DNA from: an uncultured cyanobacterium
GTDB taxonomy: Bacteria; Cyanobacteriota; Cyanobacteriia; CAKZMO01
Length of the DNA stretch: 64,000 nucleotides
Direction of reading: 5' to 3'
NCBI GenBank assembly: GCA_963719515.1
Contig: CAVRCJ010000010.1
Location: 840,778-904,777 of the forward strand
Shown: piece by piece, positions 9,350 through 18,584 of the stretch
Position numbering within the stretch: position 1 is the stretch's first letter
Layout: each line of letters opens with the position of its first letter
Notes under the pieces: model-generated
What the model was told of the DNA's origin: nothing
The model's input: the letters and a program-made list of their open reading frames with translations, nothing else
The model's database searches: none
Translations under genes and position numbers: made by a program

Positions 9350-9738
9350 TTGTTATCGATACCCACATTTGGCTTTGGTGGGTAGACAATAGTCCGAGAT
9401 TGACTCAGCACCAGCGAAAATTGCTAGAAGACCACAGGGATCAGGGCTTGGGTGTAAGTATAATCTCATGCTGGGAAGTTGCAAAGTTAGTTGAGAAGCA
9501 GAAGATTGGCTTGGGGCGATCGCTAGAGGAGTGGATGGAGGTGGCATTGAGCTATCCCGGCATTCAGCTATTAGAGCTTACGATCCCCATTGCAGTTGAA
9601 TCGACGAGACTCGTGGGATTTCACCGCGACCCGGCAGACCAATTAATTGTAGCGACGGCTAAGGTTCATGATGTTCCGCTACTAACGGCTGATGCAAAGA
9701 TTTTAAGCTACGAAGGTATCAAGCTTCTGGGAGTATAA
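9346..9738 (+). CDS. vapC: PIN-domain VapC family toxin
   Basis: IVIDTHIWLWW, SCWE, HRDPADQLIVATA, LLTAD. Confidence 0.9.
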   Translation: MIVIDTHIWLWWVDNSPRLTQHQRKLLEDHRDQGLGVSIISCWEVAKLVEKQKIGLGRSLEEWMEVALSYPGIQLLELTIPIAVESTRLVGFHRDPADQLIVATAKVHDVPLLTADAKILSYEGIKLLGV

Positions 9739-9924
9739 ATCTTTGATGTCTAATATTTTGAGTAGTGTAATTGTAGGTAGCGACAGCGTAACTCAACAAA
9801 AGCGATCGCCTTCAAATTCGCTTCAGATTTAGAGAAGCGATCGCTCTTCAAAGGACCGACCGCGTTGGGTTCCTACGCTCAACTCAACCTACGTTTGGCG
9901 CTAAGGAAAAGGTGTCAGGCTTCA

Positions 9925-12298
9925 TGACCCCACTCCAGCCTCCAAACAATGCCTACACTCACTCACCTGAGCAGCATCCTAATCTGATTCTAGGAAGCTT
10001 TCAGCTGCTTTTTTGGCTGGTTTTCTACCCTCGGCTTGGGAGAATCATATCCAGCGCCTCGACTCTTCCCTCAATAAGAACTTTCTCGCTACTGCGGCTA
10101 TTTCGCCAGCAGCGATGGCATCGCGGGCAAATCTGGAAGTTTTTGATTCAAGGATTTGTTCTTTTACCCGTCTTTTTAAGTCTGTTGACAGGCGTCGTTT
10201 CCTTCAGCTTAGGGACGTCTTCTTGAAGAGTGGCGACGGCGGGCGTGGCGTGGCGTATGGCGTGACGTTGGCGTGGCGGTAGGCGTGGCGTTGGCGTGGC
10301 GGTAGGCGTGGCATATGGCGTGGCGTTCGGCGTGGCGGTTGGCGTGGCGTTGGCGTGTGCGTAGGCGTGATGGTAGGCGTGGCGTTAGGTGTGATGGGAG
10401 ACGTGGCGTTGGCGTGGCGTTGGCGTGGCGGTAGGCGTGGCGTTCGGCGTGGCGTTGGCGTGGCGGAAGGCGTGGCGTAGGCGTGGCATTCGGCGTAGTG
10501 GTAGGCGTGGATGGGAGGCGTGGCGTGGCGGTGGTGGTGGATCGTGGCGGTAGGCGTAGCGGGAGGCGTAGCGGATGCACGGGGCTATGGGTGAACTGGT
10601 GGCGACCAGTTCTTATGTTCGCTGGACTCACTCCATGGCACATTCTTCTGTATCGCATCGATGAACTTCCGTGCTGGAAAATTTCCAAGCCTCCTTCCAC
10701 CAGACACATCGCCTTCTGGGATGAATGGCAATATCTCCCCATCCCCGATCTCGACAAGCACCTCCTCCTAGTCCTCGAGCGCAGCCCCACAGAAGGCCAA
10801 GCCGCCCTCAACTACCTCAGCAGCACCCGCCAGCGCTGGGCCGCCGATTGCCGCCCAAATCGAACTCGACACCCGCCAGCTAGAGCGCTGCGACACCCCT
10901 CAAGAATATCGCCCAAATCCACAAAGCCCTCACCCTCAGCGATCTCAGCGGCCCCGCCAACCCCCTCTTCCGCAGCTTCAACCGCCTCAGCGAAGACACC
11001 GCCGCCGCCCTCAACCAAGCCAGCCCCTACAACCAGCGCCTTGCCCTCACCGCAGTCGCCGAAAAGCCTCGACGCCCTCATCCGCGAGCTCACCCGCAGC
11101 AGCGACAAATACGCCGTCCGCTTCCGCCCCATCGCCCAGCGCTGGAGCCGCATCATCGCCCTTCACATCCAAGACCTCACCCAAGCCGCCGAGCAGCGCC
11201 AAGAAATCGACTCCCCCTACATCATCGGCGTCCCCCTCACCGAGCGTCAGGAAATCTTCGTCGGTCGCATCGATATCAGCGCCCGCATCGAGCAGCTCCT
11301 CCTCGATCGCCGCCGCCCGCCCCTATTGCTCTACGGCCAGCGCCGCACCGGCAAAACCTCCCTGCTCCACAACCTAGGCCGCCTGCTGCCCAACAGCGTC
11401 GTGCCTCTATTCGTCGACCTCCAAGGCCCCGCCTCCAGCGCCAGCGACCACGCCGGTTTTTTGTACAACCTAGCCCGTGGCATGGCCACCTCCGCCCAGC
11501 GCCAGCGCAGCCTCTCCCTCCCCCCTTTGAGCCGAGAGACCCTCACCGCCGACCCCTTCACCAGCTTCGACGAATGGCTCGACGCCGTAGAAGCCACACT
11601 ACAGGGCAGCACCGCTCTGCTCACCTTCGACGAATTCGAAGTACTCGACCAAGCCCTCACCACGGGCCGCTTCAGCGAGACCCTTGTACTCGGCATGCTC
11701 CGCAACCTCATCCAGCACCGCCCCCGCTTCAAAGTGCTTTTCGCAGGTTCTCACACCCTCGAAGAATTCCAGCGCTGGAGCAGCTACCTCATCAACGCCC
11801 AGACCCTGCACCTGGGCTACCTCAAAGATGACGAAACCCGCCAGCTAATCGAGCGGCCCTCCGCCGACCTCGCTCTCCGCTATCGGCCCGAGGCCTGCGA
11901 TCGCGTCCTCGCCCTCACGAAGGGGCACCCCTTCCTGGTGCAGCTGCTCTGCGCCGAAATCGTGGTGCTCAAAAACGAGCAGGACCCCAGCGTCCGCCGG
12001 CTGGCCACCCTTAAAGACGTCAACGCCGCCGTCCCCGAAGCCCTGAGCAGCGGCAGCATGTTTTTTAGCGACATTGAAGGGAACCAGCTCAGTGAGACTG
12101 CGACCAAACTGCTGCACTACATGGCCGCTCAAGGTGAAGGGGCGATCGCTAATCCTTCAGCGCTGGCTCAGCACTGCGACAACGCAGACTTCGCAGCAGC
12201 GATCGCCCTTTTACAGCAGCGAGAGCTAATCGACGCCGCCGAGGAGCGGGTATCAAATTCGAGTGGAGCTAATCCGGCGGTGGTTTGAGCCGCGCTAG
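9925..12298 (+). pseudogene. Membrane-anchored P-loop ATPase with G-V-A-x repeats; multiple frameshifts (assembly error or decay)
   Basis: Hydrophobic N-terminus, GGCGTGGCG repeats, SPYIIG, Walker A GQRRTGKTS, FDEFE, KGHPFLVQ; plausible C-terminus RVELIRRWFEPR* in another frame ending 12298. Confidence 0.75.
10240..10570 (+). repeat. Coding tandem repeat, about 12-nt unit GGCGTGGCG+NNN (Gly-Val-Ala-X)
   Basis: Many degenerate ggcgtggcg units in succession. Confidence 0.85.
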
Positions 12299-12373
12299 CG
12301 AGTCTGCGAGCTACTAGCGCACTACATCAGCTCACAGACCTAGAATTAAAGGGAATTGCGCACCTCCCCACAC

Positions 12374-14674
12374 ATGAAATCCTCCCCTATAACGCAAGAT
12401 CTAGTTTTGATTGGCGGCGGCCATAGCCACGCGATCGTCCTCAAGCAGTTTGCAATGAACCCGGTACCGGGAGTGCGCCTCACCCTGATTACCAATGTCT
12501 CCCACACCCCCTACTCCGGGATGCTGCCGGGGTATGTGGCGGGCCTGTATACCTTTGACGAATGCCACATTGACCTATGGCCCCTATGCCACTCAGCGGG
12601 GGCAAGGCTAATTTTAGACCGGGCCTCCGGCTTAGATTTGAGCCACCAGCGGGTGCACTGCGCTCAGCATCCCCCCATCGCCTTTGACCTCCTCTCTATC
12701 GACATCGGCAGCACCCCCGCTACCACGGGCATTGACGGCGCAGAGCACTTAATTCCGGTAAAGCCCATCTCGAAGTTTCTCACCCGCTGGGATGCCCTAG
12801 TGGAAAGTCTAATAGGGCAGCCGCGATCGCCTTTGGCCCTGGCCGTCGTGGGCGGCGGTGCGGGGGGCGTTGAGCTGGCGTTGGCGATAGAGGCCCGCTT
12901 CCGGCGGCTCAGTCAGCAGACTCAAAAAGCGAGGAATCTCGACATTCATCTGTTTCAGCGTGGGGACAAAATTCTGCCCAACCGTTCCCAAATGATGCGT
13001 CGCCAAGTCAAGCGACAGCTCCAGCAGCGCCGCATGATGCTGCACACCGGGCAGAAGGTGACCGCCATAAAGTCTTTTAAAGATTCTGGGTCTAGGCCAG
13101 AGGGCCACCCGCTCAGCGTCGTGACCCAGCAAGATAAGCTCCCCTGTGACGCGGTGTTTTGGGTGACGGGGGCTTCGGCAGCGCCTTGGATCGCCACCTC
13201 GGGCCTTGAAACCGACGGGCAGGGCTTTATTGCCGTCAATTCCGCGCTCCAGTCCTCCCACCCCAGGGTGTTTGCCGCCGGAGATATCGCCACCCTGCTG
13301 GAGCACCCTCGCCCCAAGGCCGGCGTTTTCGCGGTGCGTCAGGGCCAGCCCCTCTACGACAACCTGCGGCGATCGCTTTTAGGCCAGCCGCTAAAGCCCT
13401 TCATCCCCCAAAAGCAGTTTTTAATCTTGGTGGGAACGGGGGACGAGCGGGCGATCGCCTCGCGGGGACCGTTTGCTTTGGGGCCTTCCTCGCTGCTGTG
13501 GCGCTGGAAAGACCGCATCGACCGCAGGTTTATGGCGCAGTTTGCCCCCCAGGAGGCCAATGCTGCCGCCGATGCTGCGATGGCGTCACCCTCTAAGGGA
13601 CAGGCCCCCATCATGTCCTGCGGCGGCTGCGGCGCAAAAGTAGGCAGTGCGGCCCTCAGCGCGGCGTTGACCCGAGTTCGTGTGGAATGCTCCGGCGTCA
13701 TCCCCGCCGACGTGGTGCTAGGTCTAGAGGCCGCTGACGATGCAGCGGTGATACGCCCCCCGGCTGACCAGCTCTGGGTTCAAACCGTGGACTACTTCCC
13801 GGCGCTGATTGACGATCCTTTTGTGCTGGGACAAATTACGGCCCACCACTGCCTCAACGACCTGTGGGCCATGGGGGCCTCCCCCCACAGCGTACTGGCG
13901 ATCGCCACGTTGCCCTACGCCACCGCCGCCAAGCATGAAGAGCTGCTGTACCACCTGCTTTCCGGGCTAGTTAAGGTGCTGCATCAGGAGGGCGCGGCGC
14001 TGCTGGGGGGCCATACGATAGAAGGCGAAACGCTGGCCCTTGGCCTCACCTGCAACGGCACCGTCCCGCCCGAACGGCTGCTGCGGAAGTCCGGCCTTCA
14101 GGCGGGGCAGTCTCTGATTCTCACGAAGGCTCTGGGCACCGGCACCCTATTTGCGGCGGCGCAGCAGCAGCGGGCCAAAGGGCGCTGGATTGAAGGGGCG
14201 ATCGCCGCCATGCTGCGCAGCAACGCCGCCGCTGCGGCCTGCCTGCAGAAATACGGAGCTGCGGCCTGCACCGATGTCACCGGATTTGGCCTACTGGGGC
14301 ACCTGTTGGAAATGGTGTCGGCGACCGCAGACGCAGACGCCCAGCCGGTGGGAGTTACCCTAATGTTGAATGCTCTACCGCTGCTAGAGGGCACAGCCGA
14401 CACCCTCGCCCAGGGCATCTTTAGCTCCCTCCACCCTCAAAACCAGCAGGCCGAGATTCGCCTCCACAACCCTCAGCAGGCCCAGCTGCCGCACTATGCC
14501 GCGCTCTTCGACCCGCAGACCTCTGGCGGGCTGCTGGCGGCGGTCCCGCAGGAGAAGGCTGAGCCCTGCCTAGCGGCGCTGCAGGCTTTGGGCTATGACC
14601 ACAGCGCCATCATTGGCACCATAGACTCGCTGGGAGATCTTACCCCGGACAAACCCGTTAGGATTGAGGGGTAA
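12374..14674 (+). CDS. selD: Selenide,water dikinase fused to an N-terminal FAD-dependent oxidoreductase domain
   Basis: GGGHSH, GGGAGG, FAAGD; SelD part CGGCGAK, DDAA, QTVDYF, GGHT, DVTGFGL, DPQTSGGLL. Confidence 0.93.
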   Translation: MKSSPITQDLVLIGGGHSHAIVLKQFAMNPVPGVRLTLITNVSHTPYSGMLPGYVAGLYTFDECHIDLWPLCHSAGARLILDRASGLDLSHQRVHCAQHPPIAFDLLSIDIGSTPATTGIDGAEHLIPVKPISKFLTRWDALVESLIGQPRSPLALAVVGGGAGGVELALAIEARFRRLSQQTQKARNLDIHLFQRGDKILPNRSQMMRRQVKRQLQQRRMMLHTGQKVTAIKSFKDSGSRPEGHPLSVVTQQDKLPCDAVFWVTGASAAPWIATSGLETDGQGFIAVNSALQSSHPRVFAAGDIATLLEHPRPKAGVFAVRQGQPLYDNLRRSLLGQPLKPFIPQKQFLILVGTGDERAIASRGPFALGPSSLLWRWKDRIDRRFMAQFAPQEANAAADAAMASPSKGQAPIMSCGGCGAKVGSAALSAALTRVRVECSGVIPADVVLGLEAADDAAVIRPPADQLWVQTVDYFPALIDDPFVLGQITAHHCLNDLWAMGASPHSVLAIATLPYATAAKHEELLYHLLSGLVKVLHQEGAALLGGHTIEGETLALGLTCNGTVPPERLLRKSGLQAGQSLILTKALGTGTLFAAAQQQRAKGRWIEGAIAAMLRSNAAAAACLQKYGAAACTDVTGFGLLGHLLEMVSATADADAQPVGVTLMLNALPLLEGTADTLAQGIFSSLHPQNQQAEIRLHNPQQAQLPHYAALFDPQTSGGLLAAVPQEKAEPCLAALQALGYDHSAIIGTIDSLGDLTPDKPVRIEG

Positions 14675-14700
14675 CGTTGCCCCAATTTGTAGCCTCTTTC

Positions 14701-15780
14701 ATGCTCACCGTTGAAGAGTTTTTGCAGCGCCCTGGCCCCATCCTCGACGTGCGTAGCCCAGCCGAGTTTGCCCAAGGCCACCTCCCTGAATCGCGATCGC
14801 TTCCCCTATTCGACGATGACGAGCGGGCCCAAGTGGGCACCTGCTATAAGCAGCAGGGGCGGGATGCGGCAGTGGAGCTGGGGCTAGAGCTGGTGGGGCC
14901 AAAGCTGGTAACCTTCGCGCGTCAGGCTAAGGCTTGGGCCAGTGAGGAGGCCAATCAGGGGGCCAATCAGGGGGCCAGCCAGGAGGGCGGCCAAGTGCGG
15001 GTCCACTGCTGGCGGGGCGGCATGCGCAGCAGCAGCATGGCCTGGCTGCTGGAGACGTCCGGCCTGTCGGCAACGGTGCTCAAAGGGGGGTATAAAGCCT
15101 TTCGCCACTGGGTGCGCCAAACCCTCAGCATTTCAAAGCCTATTTTTAGCCTGGGCGGCATGACCGGCACCGGCAAAACCTTAGTGCTGACGGCGCTAGC
15201 GGCGCAGGGAGAGCAGGTGCTGGATTTGGAAGGGCTGGCCCACCATCGCGGCAGCAGCTACGGCAATCTCTGCCTCCCCCCCCAGCCCACCAACGAGCAG
15301 TTTGAGAACCGAGTAGCGGCAGCCTGGCAAGGGTTCGATCCCCAGCGACCGGTGTGGATTGAGGCAGAAAGCCGCCGCATTGGCGCCTGCCGCGTGCCGG
15401 ATGAGCTGTTCGCTCAGATGATGCAGGCTCCGGTGGTGCAGATTGGGCGATCGCCCGCCGAACGGATCGCGCTTTTGGCCGATGAGTATGGCGACGCCGA
15501 TTCCTCAGAGCTGGTGGCCGCAACGGAGCGTATTCGCAAGCGACTGGGGGGGCTGCGCACCCAGCAGGCGATCGACGCCATTCACGAGGGGGATTTGCAG
15601 CAGGCGATCGCCCTCGTGCTCTCCTACTATGACAAGACCTATCGCTACGATCTAGAGCAGCGATGCGCCCCTATTCAAGTTGTAGAGGTCACTGGACTGA
15701 GCGCCGAGCAGGCCGCTACCCGGCTGCGGCAGATTGTCCATCCAGACGCAGCAAGCCGTTTATGCAGCGCCAATTTCTGA
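14701..15780 (+). CDS. selU: tRNA 2-selenouridine synthase
   Basis: Rhodanese DVRSPAEF, CWRGGMRS; P-loop GMTGTGKT; HRGSSYG; follows selD. Confidence 0.95.
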   Translation: MLTVEEFLQRPGPILDVRSPAEFAQGHLPESRSLPLFDDDERAQVGTCYKQQGRDAAVELGLELVGPKLVTFARQAKAWASEEANQGANQGASQEGGQVRVHCWRGGMRSSSMAWLLETSGLSATVLKGGYKAFRHWVRQTLSISKPIFSLGGMTGTGKTLVLTALAAQGEQVLDLEGLAHHRGSSYGNLCLPPQPTNEQFENRVAAAWQGFDPQRPVWIEAESRRIGACRVPDELFAQMMQAPVVQIGRSPAERIALLADEYGDADSSELVAATERIRKRLGGLRTQQAIDAIHEGDLQQAIALVLSYYDKTYRYDLEQRCAPIQVVEVTGLSAEQAATRLRQIVHPDAASRLCSANF

Positions 15781-15874
15781 TAGGGTAAGCACAGGATAAT
15801 ACTCTTGGGCTGCACTAGTTTGTTTATGCTGGGGAGCCCAGAACCCGTGTTTTTGGGAGGAGCCATACTAACCA

Positions 15875-16066
15875 ATGCTGACGATCTTGTTTCAACTCGC
15901 GCTGACCGCACTTATTGTGCTGTCCTTTGCCATGGTGATTGGCGTTCCGGTGGGCTATGCAACGCCCCAAAATTGGGACCAGTCAAAGCGATTGATCCTG
16001 TTGGGATCAATCGTCTGGGTGGCGCTAGTGCTCGTGGTGGGCAGCCTCAACTATCTAGTGGTGTAG
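15875..16066 (+). CDS. psbZ: Photosystem II protein Z
   Basis: [10 protein letters not shown]...[14 protein letters not shown]; upstream of ribH. Confidence 0.95.
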   Translation: MLTILFQLALTALIVLSFAMVIGVPVGYATPQNWDQSKRLILLGSIVWVALVLVVGSLNYLVV

Positions 16067-16076
16067 TCCAATTTAG

Positions 16077-16526
16077 CTAGTTCGTGAAAGCCCCCGCGCT
16101 GTATGCGCAGCATCAGCGTCGGGATGTAAGCGAGCGAGTCGAGGTGCGCCCTTGACTGGATGCCGAAGGTGGCAATTAAGGGCAGCGCCGAGGCGAGCAA
16201 AGGGTACAATTGAACCAAGCTCAAACTATTTCATGGCGGCGGCCTGCTATCCTGACACAAACGTACAGCCCTTGGCTGGTGAACAGTGCAGACGGTAGAA
16301 AACGTAGCTGGAAATTGAATACTCGTCACTGTCTGGGGTTGGTCATTGCCTGGACATTAAACAAATCGCCTGTCGATGGGATCTAATCGGGGTTGCACGG
16401 CTTGCTGCGTAACTAGACAGGACCAGATGAAGCAGGAAACCTTCTTGCGCGGCATCCATTAAATTGTGGTGCGTGAGCCAAGAAGCCCGCGCTCTATCTA
16501 AAAGATGAGCGTCGGGAGTATGTCGC
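16077..16526 (+). mobile_element. Non-autonomous IS200/IS605 derivative (PATE/MITE), about 450 bp
   Basis: Left end nearly identical to the tnpB element at 51846; right end GAAGCCCGCGCTCTATC...GCGTCGGGAGTATGTCGC; preceded by TTTAG. Confidence 0.85.
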
Positions 16527-16630
16527 GGGTACAACCGGATAAAAGTAGCGTGGCACTTGAGTCGATACAGGCTTGCTGAATGTAGCAAGCCTGCACTATC
16601 GTGAATGAGCAACACTGACAATCTGGGACT

Positions 16631-17206
16631 ATGGCTGTATTTGAAGGAACGTTCTCGCAAACCGGCTCGATGCGGTTTGCGATTGTTATCGGTCGGTTCA
16701 ACGATTTGATTACAGATAAGCTATTAGCGGCCTGTCAAGATTGTCTCAAGCGCCACGGCGTTGACCCCACACCAGAGGGCACCCAGGTAGACTACGCCTG
16801 GGTACCGGGCAGCTTCGAAATCCCAATGCTGGCCCGGCAGCTGGCTCTCACCTACCGTTACGATGCCATCATCTGCCTGGGCGCAGTGATTCGTGGCCAA
16901 ACTCCCCATTTTGACTACGTCGCCGCCGAGGTCTCGAAGGGCATTGCGTCGGCCAGCGCTCAGACGGGGGTGCCGGTAGTTTTCGGCATCTTGACCACCG
17001 ACACGATGCAGCAGGCCTTGGAGCGAGCGGGCATTAAAGGAAATCTAGGCTGGAGCTACGCCATGTCCGCCATGGAGATGGCGAGCCTCATGCGACAGGT
17101 CAACGGGGTAGCCCCCCAGTCAAACGGTCGGGACCTACCGGCCGCTGCGCCTTCTGCGCCTCCTGCGCTGCGAACGGCCTCCCCAGAATCGGCACAGGAT
17201 AGCTAG
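16631..17206 (+). CDS. ribH: 6,7-dimethyl-8-ribityllumazine synthase
   Basis: [29 protein letters not shown]. Confidence 0.97.
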   Translation: MAVFEGTFSQTGSMRFAIVIGRFNDLITDKLLAACQDCLKRHGVDPTPEGTQVDYAWVPGSFEIPMLARQLALTYRYDAIICLGAVIRGQTPHFDYVAAEVSKGIASASAQTGVPVVFGILTTDTMQQALERAGIKGNLGWSYAMSAMEMASLMRQVNGVAPQSNGRDLPAAAPSAPPALRTASPESAQDS

Positions 17207-17389
17207 CCTCGGACAGCCTGTTCAGACCGGTGCCGAACTGTTTTTGCCTGACGGCAGAGCCTGACGGTCGCGCTTTGGCAAGCGGGTTGCCCTGCTAAAA
17301 TGTGTTAATGTATACAAACTAAATGATGCCTCTGTTTTGCAGCGGCTGCCCTTAGTGGATCACAGCCAAAGCAAAGTTTATCCTCTGAG

Positions 17390-18055
17390 GTGTCCTTCAT
17401 CGAACATTACCAGGTCAAGTTCGAGACGCTCTGCATTGGCGGCGTAACCTACAAAATTCGCAGCCTGCTAGACCTTCAGCAGTTTTCAGATCCAGACGGA
17501 CAGGCGCTCCAGCTCGGAATATCATCAGCCATGTGGCCGCTGTTTGGGCAGGTGTGGCCCATGAGCAAGATTCTGGCTCAGGTGATGCTTCGGGAGACGC
17601 TTGAAGAGCGGCGCGTGCTTGAAATCGGCTGTGGCATTGGCCTTCCTAGCCTAGTCGTCAAGCAGCTTGGTGGAAATATCACCGCAAGCGACCACCATCC
17701 TCTAGCAAAAGACTTTCTGCTAAAAAATACAATTCTCAATGCCCTAACCCCCATCCAGTTCAGCGCCGGGGATTGGAACGTTGAAGACCCTACGCTGGGA
17801 AAATTTGACTTAATTATTGGCAGCGATATTCTATATGAGCGCCAGCACGCCGATTTGACGTCTCTCTTTATCGACTCCCACTGCGATCGCCACGGAAAGG
17901 TGATTGTCATTGACCCAGGTCGCGGCTCTCACCGGGCGTTCGCCAGAGCGATGGAACGGTTGGGATACAGCCATTCATGGACCGACCTGAGAGACTATCC
18001 CAGCGAAGGCGTTAAGCCCAAAGGGTTTATTCTCAAATTTTCTCACCAGGGTTAG
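17390..18055 (+). CDS. Class I SAM-dependent methyltransferase (Methyltransf_16-like)
   Basis: VLEIGCGIG, FDLIIGSDILYE. Confidence 0.8.
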   Translation: MSFIEHYQVKFETLCIGGVTYKIRSLLDLQQFSDPDGQALQLGISSAMWPLFGQVWPMSKILAQVMLRETLEERRVLEIGCGIGLPSLVVKQLGGNITASDHHPLAKDFLLKNTILNALTPIQFSAGDWNVEDPTLGKFDLIIGSDILYERQHADLTSLFIDSHCDRHGKVIVIDPGRGSHRAFARAMERLGYSHSWTDLRDYPSEGVKPKGFILKFSHQG

Positions 18056-18109
18056 GCTGACCTTTAGTGCCCCACAGTTCAAAAGCGGCGGGCGGGCTGC
18101 AAGCGTAGC

Positions 18110-18501
18110 GTGACATCCTCCCGACGCTGACAGCAAGCTGTACAGCGCGGGCTTCCTCAGTGACTCCCAGCTATTGCCGAGACATATCCTGAGATAGGTT
18201 TATACTCCGCCTGATGCCCCACGGCAGAGTTTTGAATTTTCATCTCCGCGAGGGAGGATACGCACTATGTGTCGCAGATACATTTGCAAACTGAGGAACG
18301 GGTGACTTGCAGCTTTCGCCTACGGGCCCGTCACACTCTTTGCGGGGTGTATCACCTTGCTATCTCTATCATACCAACTGCTAGCCTCAGCGCTGAGCGC
18401 ACTATCGGCTGTGCATCATTTTGCGGGCGCACTTCGGCTAGCGCGACTCTCATCCCGACGCTCACCCTGACGGGTAGAGCGCGGGGCTTCCTGTCTAGTA
18501 G
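18110..18501 (-). mobile_element. Non-autonomous IS200/IS605 derivative, 392 bp, copy A
   Basis: Subterminal hairpins GAAGCCC(C)GCGCT...AGCGTCGGGA at both ends; minus strand TTTAG|left end, right end finishes in TCAC; near-identical to 36299..36690. Confidence 0.9.
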
Positions 18502-18584
18502 CTAAAATGAGAATTGCAGCTCTATCACAAGTCATCACCGCTAGATTCTATAGGATCTACTCGGACGCGCTTTCTCCGAGGCTT

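Noticed and set aside
10240..10570. Repeat array as a CRISPR
   Set aside because: Units are short, contiguous and codon-periodic, with no unique spacers; no cas genes in the window.
13613..13640. Selenocysteine (UGA) in SelD
   Set aside because: The active-site codon is TGC (Cys) and there is no in-frame TGA.
14943..14988. Repeat in selU (ANQG ANQG ASQE) and the 13-nt duplication at about 21226-21251
   Set aside because: Small local slippage duplications with no evident function.
18269..18505. 78-aa ORFs at 18269 and 36458 as duplicated genes
   Set aside because: They lie antisense within the non-autonomous elements, have no recognisable motif, and end in the flanking target motif.
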